NCBI RefSeq assembly: GCF_000172995.2
Contig: NC_014729.1
Location: 1,860,001-1,892,000 of the forward strand
DNA: 32,000 nucleotides
Source of the DNA: Halogeometricum borinquense DSM 11551
GTDB lineage: Archaea > Halobacteriota > Halobacteria > Halobacteriales > Haloferacaceae
Direction of reading: 5' to 3'
A model generated the notes under the pieces. It had not been told where the DNA came from. It was given only the letters and a program-made list of their open reading frames with translations, and did no database searches. Shown one piece after another: positions 15,864 through 23,861 of this stretch; positions within the stretch are counted from its first letter, which is position 1, and every line of letters starts with the position of its first letter. A program made the translations under genes and the position numbers.

Positions 15864-16206
15864 GAGGCTCGTTCCGCGTCTCACGCGCGTTCGCCTTTTC
15901 GTCGCGGTACTGGCGTAACTCGACTCTCCCGTTGCTGTCGATGCAGTCTGTAGGCTCACGGGAAGAGCGGCATGTCCAGTCGCCACCACAACCACGACGA
16001 GGGAGAACGCCGACCCGCCGACCGACCGACAGATTTCGGTTCGGCCCTTTCTCGGAATCACTGTTCGTACCGCCTCAGCTACGTCGGCGTGCGTCCGCTT
16101 CGATCAACTGAGAGTGACGTGTATTGTTCACTCACACTGTGTGACACCAGCGGTCGTACAGCTCCGATACAATAATGATTAATGCAGAGTGATTTCCGAT
16201 CAGTAC

Positions 16207-17295
16207 ATGGATTTGGCCGAGTTGCAAGACGCGTTAGAGGATGCCGGGCTTTCCCAGTACCAGGCGGAGGCGTACAACGCACTGCTTCAGTTAGGTGCCG
16301 CAAGTGCGACTGAGTTAGCCGATGCTTGTGCAGTTCCGACTGCACGCATCTACGATGTTCTGAGAGATTTAGAGACAAAAGGGTATATCGAGACGTACGA
16401 GCAGGACAGTCTTCGCGCCCGCGCGTGCGACCCTGAGACGGTACTCGAAGACTTGCGTAGCCGGGCGACGATGCTCGAAGCGGCGGCCGACGAGATCGAA
16501 GACCGGTGGGAAGCGCCCGAGGTTGACCGACACATGCTGAGCATCGTAAAACGCTTCGAGACGGTGTTCCAGCGGGCGGCGTCGATTATTCGGGAGGCAG
16601 AAAACGAGGTCCAACTGTCGGTCACGGCCGATCAGTACGAGGAGTTGAAACCCGCACTCCGCGAGGCATTCGAAAACGGCGCAATAGTCAAAGTCTCGCT
16701 GCACACCGACCCCGAGCGTGACGGTCCGTCGTTCGAATCGATGGACTTCGAGGGTGTCGTCACGGAGGCACGCCACCGGACGCTACCAACGCCGTTCGTT
16801 CTCCTCGTTGACCGGACGCAAACGTGCTTTGCGCCGCACGCCCACTCGTTGAACGAGTACGGCGTTCTCGTGGACGACTACACGCTGACTTACGTCTTTC
16901 ACTGGTACTTCCAAACGTGTCTGTGGGAGGTACTGGACCAAGTCTACTCTGCACGCGACGACGAACCGCCAGTGGTCTATGCCGACGTTCGCCGGTGCGT
17001 CCGCGACATCGAACCGACGCTCTCGGAGGATGCGACGGTGCGAGCGACCGTGACCGGACTCGACACTGGAACGGGAGATCACGTCGAACTGACAGGCGAG
17101 ATCACTGAGGTATACTATTCAGGGATGACCGACACCACTGCTGGGGCGGACAGTACCCCCGCACTGTCACAGTTAGCCGGACAGGTGTGTTTCACGCTTC
17201 GCGCGGGCGAGGAGACGTACACCGTCGGCGGGTGGGGTGCCGTCCTCGAAGATGTCGAGGCGACACGAGTGACCGTAACTAAATTGGAGTTATAG
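16207..17295 (+). CDS. TrmB family transcriptional regulator
   Basis: MDLAELQDALEDAGLSQYQAEAYNALLQLGAASATELADACAVPTARIYDVLRDLETKGYIE (N-terminal TrmB winged-helix) plus a ~250-aa C-terminal effector-type domain. Confidence 0.85.
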   Translation: MDLAELQDALEDAGLSQYQAEAYNALLQLGAASATELADACAVPTARIYDVLRDLETKGYIETYEQDSLRARACDPETVLEDLRSRATMLEAAADEIEDRWEAPEVDRHMLSIVKRFETVFQRAASIIREAENEVQLSVTADQYEELKPALREAFENGAIVKVSLHTDPERDGPSFESMDFEGVVTEARHRTLPTPFVLLVDRTQTCFAPHAHSLNEYGVLVDDYTLTYVFHWYFQTCLWEVLDQVYSARDDEPPVVYADVRRCVRDIEPTLSEDATVRATVTGLDTGTGDHVELTGEITEVYYSGMTDTTAGADSTPALSQLAGQVCFTLRAGEETYTVGGWGAVLEDVEATRVTVTKLEL

Positions 17296-17500
17296 ACCTA
17301 CTTCCCCGTGTAAAAAAAGCGATTACGCTGTATAAGAATTGGGCCGCAACGTATAACTCCCCTCAGTTACCAACCTTTGACAGAAATCGATGAGGATCAG
17401 GAACGCGAACGTTCACGATGAACTGAATAAGGGGTATCTTGATATGGCCCCGTGTTTCATTCGATGACGTGCGTGTTTCCGCAACACCACAACAATACAA

Positions 17501-18103
17501 ATGAGTGCTGACCAGCCGCTCGTGCTCATCGTGGAAGATGAGCCGGACCTCGCCGACCTGTACGCAACCTGGCTCAGGGAGAAATGTCGCGTTCGCGTCG
17601 CATACGGTGGCCGCGAGGCCCTCGACGAACTCGACGACGACGTCGATGTCGTTCTCCTCGACCGCCGGATGCCGGATCTCTCCGGAGACGAAGCCCTCAC
17701 AGAGATACGGAACCGGGGATTCGAATGTCGTGTCGCCATGGTAACAGCTGTCGAACCGGATTTCGACATCGTAGCCATGGGATTCGACGACTATCTCGTA
17801 AAGCCAGTCTCCAAAGAAGCCCTCGAAGAGACCGTCGAAAACCTCCTCCGACGAAACACATACAACGACGGCGTCCAAGAACTGTTCTCGCTTGCCTCGA
17901 AGAAAGCACTGTTGGAGTCCGAGAAGGACCCTGCGACCTTAGAGGACAACGAGGAGTATCAGGAACTCGACGCGCGCCTCTCGAAGCTTCGCGAGGACTT
18001 AGACGAGACTCTCCAACAGTTCGACGAAGAACGGGATATTGCCGCCGTCTACCGGGATCTCGGCGACACCTCTGCCTTCGAGAATCTCGAGAGTTCTGAG
18101 TAA
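17501..18103 (+). CDS. Response regulator (receiver domain) with a C-terminal HalX domain
   Basis: LVLIVEDEPDLADLY...VVLLDRRMPDLSGDE (phospho-acceptor Asp)...DYLVKP, then a coiled helical tail NTYNDGVQELFSLASKKALLESEK...EYQELDARLSKLREDLDE typical of HalX. Confidence 0.85.
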   Translation: MSADQPLVLIVEDEPDLADLYATWLREKCRVRVAYGGREALDELDDDVDVVLLDRRMPDLSGDEALTEIRNRGFECRVAMVTAVEPDFDIVAMGFDDYLVKPVSKEALEETVENLLRRNTYNDGVQELFSLASKKALLESEKDPATLEDNEEYQELDARLSKLREDLDETLQQFDEERDIAAVYRDLGDTSAFENLESSE

Positions 18104-18301
18104 CGAACAGAAATCGATCTGCTTCGACTGAATGACCCGTAGTGACGACGTTCGTCACGTGTGACTAGTCTAACGGACAGTATACCCCGTGTGAAGCGAC
18201 CACAACGTTTATTTGTAAGAAATTATATCTAAATTGAGTTAATTTCATGTTAGATCTTCTAGAAAAAATTAATCTATCTGGGCGTTCTGTGTTCATACGT
18301 C

Positions 18302-18445
18302 ATGTCCGAAACTGACACGAACGCGGTCGCACAGTACCTTGCCGAACACCCCCGCATGATGGGCGTCCTGTTCACGATGCTGCTGCTGCTCTCACAAGCA
18401 GGTTCAGTCGCAGCGGGAAACAACGCCGGTATCTACGGTCCGTAA
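18302..18445 (+). CDS. 47-aa micro-protein: one hydrophobic segment (signal-peptide-like) plus a 9-aa tail
   Basis: Below the ORF-track cutoff. MSETDTNAVAQYLAEHPRMMGVLFTMLLLLSQAGSVAAGNNAGIYGP. An AT-rich TATA-like string (aaaaaattaatc, 18263-18274) lies about 30 nt upstream. I recall similar small haloarchaeal ORFs, but this is unverified. Confidence 0.5.
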   Translation: MSETDTNAVAQYLAEHPRMMGVLFTMLLLLSQAGSVAAGNNAGIYGP

Positions 18446-18449
18446 ATAC

Positions 18450-20612
18450 TCAAAGACTATCTAAGTCCAGATCGTCACTCCACTGAAGTTGACCATTTAC
18501 GAGTAATGGGATGTTTTCCAGATCCAAGAAGTCATTTAGTTCCTCTAAACTGAGTGTAAACGAATCAACCGAACCGGAACCGAGATAATGAGTCTCGACA
18601 CTCGGAAGCAACGGTATTACGAGCCCACACATTCCAACGTGGCTTCCCGGATATACACGATAATCTACATTGAAACCCTCTGTTGTCCGGGTGATGACAC
18701 ACGTGTTAGGATATAAACCGTCACTCTGCGCAACTGCGAGTCCACCGTCACCGAGGACAATATAGCTGTCACCGACGGCGTTCTCACCGCGGACAAGTCC
18801 AAGTGCACTACGAATCGGAAATCCTTGATTCAGCAACCGAGCAAGCATCGAGCCGACCTCTACGGCACTACTGTTCACAACATCTTCGAGCGTGACGATA
18901 CCGGCGATAGCACCCGCGTTGATCAGGTGCATCCCCTGTTCGTACGACCGGCAGGCGTTGAGTAAGAAGGCGTCCATCCCTACATCGGACAGTGTCGAGG
19001 CGTCCAACGTCCCGTCGGAACACTGGAATCCGTCGTTGTCGATGTGGCCGATGTAGTGGAAGAAGTCCGTCTGTGTGGCGAGGGCCTCGCGGAGTTCGTC
19101 TTTCGTCAGTTCGTACTGGACTTGCACGTCGAACGGAAGCTTTTCGCGCGACCCGTACACCGCTTCTACGTCCTCGCGCTCGTCTGCCATCCGCGGGTCG
19201 TTGCAGACGACGGTGATACCGATATCACCCTCCGTCGGCGACCGATACAGACGATTGCGGTACGCTTGCAGGGATGCTTTGCTCGCCCCGATGGGCGTCC
19301 CGTCACCCAACCACGCCTGCTCGAGCGAATCCGTTTTCTCGGGTTGGACGTAGCTTCGTTCGGGTAACGATGCAGACTGCGTCGCGCTCCGCGTAAACCC
19401 GGCGTTGGGGGTCTGCGGCGACGACCGCAGGAAGGCATCGACTGCCTCCGCCTGTGTCGTCGAACCCGCCGACGGTTTCGTGTGTGGCGTCCGAACGATT
19501 GCCAAGTCGTTTGCAACGAACGGAAGCAGTTCGACGTTCCCCGGCGTCGGCGTCACGTGCGTCGTGAGTTTCCACTCGGGAACGTGCCCGGCGACCGTCT
19601 CGTACGGAACCTGTAGGTAGGCTTCGACCTGTTCGGCCGTGGGTCGGTCGTACAACGCGGCAAAGTCGAGATCAAGGTCCGATTCGACCGCTTGCCGTTC
19701 GTGCAACTCGACCTGATAGTAGCCTTCCGTTCGAGTGAGACAGTCGAGGAAGAACGTCTGCTTCAGAACGCGCTCGACTTCCCGCTCGTACCCCGCGGTT
19801 GTATCGAGGTCGTATGTGAATCCGCTGTCAGTGCGAAGTCGCGGCGTGTCGCCTTCCACGACGGTTGCACCGAGATAGTACGCTAACGGTGCCGCCACGT
19901 ACACGTGCCGATACGTCGCCGGCAGTTCGAGCGTGATGCCCGTCTCCGGCGGTGCCAAATCTGGCGGTGCTTTGAACTGCTCGCCGCGTTCGATAAGCGG
20001 CGGATGCCCGCGGAGTGTGGGATACGAGCGTTCGGGCGACGTCGATTTCAATGCGGACCCGAGAAGCGACACCGCGCGCATCATCGAACGCGGGTCGTCG
20101 GGTGTCGTTATCGTCGCTGCCGGTCGCTTGTGGTGTGACCGCGCACCGACGAGAACCTCCGTTTCCTCGTCGAACGAGATGGTCGTCTGCGTCGCATCGG
20201 AAGTTATCGTCACCGGTGCGTTGACGCGTACGTACGTCTTCACCGGGGCGAACAGTTCGAGACTGTACGTCGCGCGCGGGAACGACTCCGAGGCGAAGTG
20301 TTCGGTCTGGCCGAGCATCTGTCCCTCGTCGTCGCGGATGCAAACTGAGACGACCGTCTGGAGTTCGAGCTGATCCGTTTGGAAGCGAACTGCGGCGTCA
20401 GCGGGGAACCAGAACGCACTCGGGTCGGTGGGTTCCGGGTCGATCACCGAAGGTGTCGAAAGTTCGAACTGATGACGCTCTATCGGGTCGGTAACCACGA
20501 CTCCGTCACCCCCGGATGCGGCGTCGAGCGAGAGTTCGAGATACGTCTCTGAACTATCAAATGACGGCGAACTCTCAGAATCCCCGAACCCTTCCATCAT
20601 CTTTTCAGTCAC
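18450..20612 (-). CDS. 720-aa protein: unknown N-terminal ~460 aa plus a C-terminal CHAT (caspase-like cysteine protease) domain
   Basis: GITVVCNDPRMADEREDVEAVYG...LTKDELREALATQTDFFHYIGH(523)IDNDG...GMDAFLLNAC(554)RSYEQG...AGAIAGIVTLEDVVNSSAVEVGSMLARLLNQGFPIRSALGLVR follows the CHAT consensus. His codon at 19044-19046, Cys codon at 18951-18953. Confidence 0.75.
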   Translation of the reverse strand: MTEKMMEGFGDSESSPSFDSSETYLELSLDAASGGDGVVVTDPIERHQFELSTPSVIDPEPTDPSAFWFPADAAVRFQTDQLELQTVVSVCIRDDEGQMLGQTEHFASESFPRATYSLELFAPVKTYVRVNAPVTITSDATQTTISFDEETEVLVGARSHHKRPAATITTPDDPRSMMRAVSLLGSALKSTSPERSYPTLRGHPPLIERGEQFKAPPDLAPPETGITLELPATYRHVYVAAPLAYYLGATVVEGDTPRLRTDSGFTYDLDTTAGYEREVERVLKQTFFLDCLTRTEGYYQVELHERQAVESDLDLDFAALYDRPTAEQVEAYLQVPYETVAGHVPEWKLTTHVTPTPGNVELLPFVANDLAIVRTPHTKPSAGSTTQAEAVDAFLRSSPQTPNAGFTRSATQSASLPERSYVQPEKTDSLEQAWLGDGTPIGASKASLQAYRNRLYRSPTEGDIGITVVCNDPRMADEREDVEAVYGSREKLPFDVQVQYELTKDELREALATQTDFFHYIGHIDNDGFQCSDGTLDASTLSDVGMDAFLLNACRSYEQGMHLINAGAIAGIVTLEDVVNSSAVEVGSMLARLLNQGFPIRSALGLVRGENAVGDSYIVLGDGGLAVAQSDGLYPNTCVITRTTEGFNVDYRVYPGSHVGMCGLVIPLLPSVETHYLGSGSVDSFTLSLEELNDFLDLENIPLLVNGQLQWSDDLDLDSL

Positions 20613-20669
20613 GGTTCACGACTAAAAGCGTGTTGGTAGTTGACAAGTGTCAAATTTGAATAATTTTGG

Positions 20670-21413
20670 TCATCCCAGAACGAGCCAATCTGAAGTTATA
20701 TTGGCATCGCGGAAGTGCCATCGTTGTTGTAGTTCCGTCCCATCCAATCGGAGTTCAACGGTCGCATCAAACAATGGCTCAAGAACGAGTGCAGCGTTAT
20801 CGTCTTTCTCACGCGGAAGCCAGAAGTGAACCATCCCGTTGACAGTACGAACGTGGTTTGCGAGAATATGTGAGAACTGAAACGCTGTTTCGAGATCGTA
20901 CTCCGCGAGAAGAACCGGTAAGCAGTCGAATGCGAGACGAAGCTCCGCAGGAGTCATTCCGCCGGCGATGCTCTCAAACTGCTCTATGATCTTCGTAATC
21001 TCTCGACCGAGTGCGATAATGTCACCATCGACGCGTTGAGCCAACGCGTTCCGCGTGGCCTCTGCGTCCATCGCAGTTTCGAGGTCGGGCGAGGAAATCG
21101 TCGGATTGCTCGCGCTAACCGCCGCAGTGCTCCGGGCAGTCGTCTCGAATTCGATGATACGAGTCCATTCGGGCGTTTGACGCCGAATGGCGTCCAGGCG
21201 GGAGTCCTGCTTACCGTCGGAAACTCCTGTCACGAGAAGGCGGCGTCGCAACTCTCCATCACCGAGCATCCGCGCCGAAGCACGTCGGTATACCTCTGCC
21301 GGAACCGAGCCGACGACAAGAAGTGCGCTTCCACGCTGTTTCAGGTTGTCGAGGGCCGAAGCGAGTTCCGGGGCATCCGACTGGACGGTGTTAGCCCCGT
21401 CTCCCTGATCCAT
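20670..21413 (-). CDS. Haloarchaeal RecA/KaiC-like fold protein lacking a Walker A P-loop (function unknown)
   Basis: 247 aa from MDQGDG. A TATA-like aaagtattattt lies 27-38 nt upstream on the minus strand. GSALLVVGSVPAEV occupies the position of a P-loop but has no GK[ST]. The C-terminal ...ELRLAFDCLPVLLAEYDLETAFQFSHILANHVRTVNGMVHFWLP...LFDATVELRL resembles halobacterial degenerate KaiC-like paralogues. This assignment is from memory. Confidence 0.55.
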   Translation of the reverse strand: MDQGDGANTVQSDAPELASALDNLKQRGSALLVVGSVPAEVYRRASARMLGDGELRRRLLVTGVSDGKQDSRLDAIRRQTPEWTRIIEFETTARSTAAVSASNPTISSPDLETAMDAEATRNALAQRVDGDIIALGREITKIIEQFESIAGGMTPAELRLAFDCLPVLLAEYDLETAFQFSHILANHVRTVNGMVHFWLPREKDDNAALVLEPLFDATVELRLDGTELQQRWHFRDANITSDWLVLG

Positions 21414-21626
21414 TCGTATGTATTCACGGCACCACACCAAATAATACTTTGTGTATCTGATGGGTCTTGTATCTAGAGTATTCGCAACGGCGAAATATGT
21501 CGTTTGGAGAGAACGAACGGCGTTCGTGAGACGAATCGTGGTCTTCTCTGAGTATCACTGTAGATAGTGTCCTATACACGAGTAACCGTCGTCTTCGGCG
21601 GTTGCACTGACATCGTCGACCGACGA

Positions 21627-22193
21627 CTACGGAGACACTGGATGGACAGTCCCGGAGAAATCGTAATAGTCGTGGTGCGTGTGAAGTCGCTGCCGAATCG
21701 CTTCGATATCGCCCGCAGGAATCGACTCGAAGAACGCTCGTGTCCGCTGTAACTTCTGCTGGCACGTCGAGTCGTCACAGTCGGTTTCAGTCTCGACAGC
21801 GTGCGTTGTCTCGACGGCGACGTCAGCACCGAAACACTGGTCGAACGCGTATTTCGCTCTTGGGGCGTGGAAATCGTCGGTCACGAGGCTGAGTTCATCG
21901 ATATCGAGGCCGAGGTTGTCACAGAGGACGCGGGTAAAGTACGCGTTCCCAATCGTGTCGTGGGCAAACGGGTCCAACACGATTCGGTCGGGATCAACGC
22001 CCTGCCGGACCGCATACTCTCCCATCACACCGCACTCCGTTCGGTCGATGTGCTGATTCGTTTGCCCGCCCGAGAAGAATAGAGACGACGCATCAGTAGC
22101 ATTGAACGCCCGTATCCCCGCGTTAACTCGTGCTCGAAGCCGTTCGTGAATCTGTGACGATTCGAGACGATGCCCCAGCACGACGACGATCAT
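21627..22193 (-). CDS. YdcF/ElyC/SanA (DUF218) family protein
   Basis: 188 aa. MIVVVLGHRL...RVNAGIRAF......LFFSGGQTN....TECGVMGEYAVRQGVDPDRIVLDPFAHDTIGNAYF. Confidence 0.75.
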   Translation of the reverse strand: MIVVVLGHRLESSQIHERLRARVNAGIRAFNATDASSLFFSGGQTNQHIDRTECGVMGEYAVRQGVDPDRIVLDPFAHDTIGNAYFTRVLCDNLGLDIDELSLVTDDFHAPRAKYAFDQCFGADVAVETTHAVETETDCDDSTCQQKLQRTRAFFESIPAGDIEAIRQRLHTHHDYYDFSGTVHPVSP

Positions 22194-22387
22194 ACGTCCG
22201 ATAGCATGCTACCAAATATAATATTTTTGTACATTCTTGAGATACTGACTTTCACCGAGTCGCGTACGGAGGCTGATGCTGGCGATTGCCCGGGTCACAC
22301 TCGGTGAATACCTGAATTAGCCTCTCGAACGGCCGTACAAGCCATTGCAGAAGAAGTGAGGCAGAAACGACGAGAGTGCGCCGCCGG

Positions 22388-23644
22388 TTAGTTGTCGCCG
22401 CTGACGATGTCCGCGACTCGCTGGCGGTCGAACAACTGTTCGTCTGCGGGGATTTCCGGATACGGTTCGCCGTTCGTGTAGCCCGGCCACTCGCCGAACT
22501 GGTCGGGATACAGTTGTTTTGCGGTCATTTCGAGTTGGAAGAGATTGAGAAGCGGACCCTGACGCCGGGTCCCTTGGACGTACACTTGTCCCTCTTCGAC
22601 CGCAGTGATTTTCTTGGCGACATCGTGGTCTTCCAGCTTTGCCCTGATGTCGTCGATATTGTGGTACTCTGTCATCGGCCCCAGCACGAGAAGCACGTCC
22701 GGGTCTGCTTCGAGGAGCGTCTCGTAATCCAGCGTGATGTCGTCACCGACGTTCTCGTAGCTGTCTCCGACCGCCTCGGTGAGTGCGTCAGTCGCTCCTA
22801 ACGGCCGAGTGTGGGAGGCGTAGTAGCCGGGTGCGTTGGTTTTGTATCCCCACATGCTATCGTCAGAAGACGAAAACAGGACCATTGCCGCGCTCGGTCG
22901 CTCGCTTTCTGGTGGGAGATTCGCCTCGATTGTGGTCAAAAGCGAGTTGTGAACGTCCGCAAGCGCCTTGTACCGCTCTTCCTCTTGGAACACCTGCGCG
23001 ACCCTCCCGAAGGTTTCCCAGAGCGTGTAATACTCGTAGCCGTCTTGCCACGCCGCCGGTGGCTGCTGGTGGGCGTCGCTGAAGGTGTTCCCGAACCACG
23101 GGGCGACGTTCTCTTTGATTTCCTCGATATCAGATTCGTCCCATCCTTCCGCCGTCGCGACTCTCGCTGGGTCGGCGAGGTGAACGTCACTGTCGAGTTC
23201 GTAGAGTTTCTCCTTGGTGGGCGGCCACGAGGAGTACAGTCCGTCCCAATCGACGGATACGCCGTCGAGGTGATGAGTAAACTTGCTCCACAGCGATTGG
23301 ATGTACCCCGGCGCGTGCATCGCGTTGATGTTGTCGCCGTACCCGAGCGCGAGCGCCATATCAGTGTGGTGGCTCAGTATCGTAAACACGTTCTCAGGAA
23401 CCGACTCGAACTCGACCTCGCCGACCGGAGAGATCGTAGCCGAATATCCCGAGTCGTCTGATTCCGCCTCCGTCGACCCGGTCGCTGTCGATTCAGTCGT
23501 CGTCTCCGACGCGTTTGTCGTGGGCGTTGACGATGCATCCGTGTCGCCCATACAGCCAGCGAGCAGACCCCCAGTGAGAACAGTCCCACCGTACTTCACG
23601 TAGTCCCGTCGAGTCGATTCAGGGCCGTTGTCATTTCCAGACAT
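22388..23644 (-). CDS. ABC transporter substrate-binding lipoprotein (iron-siderophore/cobalamin-type periplasmic binding protein fold), with no transporter partners nearby
   Basis: Tat motif plus lipobox (STRRDYVKYGGTVLTGGLLAGC), a Ser/Thr/Glu-rich linker, then ...PENVFTILSHHTDMALALGYGDNINAM...DPDVLLVLGP.... Confidence 0.7.
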   Translation of the reverse strand: MSGNDNGPESTRRDYVKYGGTVLTGGLLAGCMGDTDASSTPTTNASETTTESTATGSTEAESDDSGYSATISPVGEVEFESVPENVFTILSHHTDMALALGYGDNINAMHAPGYIQSLWSKFTHHLDGVSVDWDGLYSSWPPTKEKLYELDSDVHLADPARVATAEGWDESDIEEIKENVAPWFGNTFSDAHQQPPAAWQDGYEYYTLWETFGRVAQVFQEEERYKALADVHNSLLTTIEANLPPESERPSAAMVLFSSSDDSMWGYKTNAPGYYASHTRPLGATDALTEAVGDSYENVGDDITLDYETLLEADPDVLLVLGPMTEYHNIDDIRAKLEDHDVAKKITAVEEGQVYVQGTRRQGPLLNLFQLEMTAKQLYPDQFGEWPGYTNGEPYPEIPADEQLFDRQRVADIVSGDN

Positions 23645-23861
23645 GCACTTTAGGCTTCCCTAAAAACAAAAAGAGGTTTCGGTTTTCGGACAGAAAACAG
23701 GACCATCGGTTCGCTCAACCCCCGAGACAGCGCGGGTGAACACAAATAAACGCCACGTAGCAACTCGCGTTCGTCACCGGCGTGTCATCGCTGTCGCCCG
23801 ATCCGCCGATCCTCTCAAAAGCCCTTGTCGGGGCGAACGGGTTACAGGTTGTTGCGGCGAT

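Noticed and set aside
14271-16061. 596-aa minus-strand ORF, the longest in this region.
   Set aside because: It is entirely antisense to the well-supported IMP dehydrogenase gene. It is rich in Arg, Val and His and lacks the acidic bias of halophile proteins. This is a typical high-GC shadow ORF.
22811-23461. 216-aa plus-strand ORF, and the 141-aa ORF at 22376-22801.
   Set aside because: Both are antisense to the substrate-binding lipoprotein gene, which has a Tat/lipobox signal and acidic composition.
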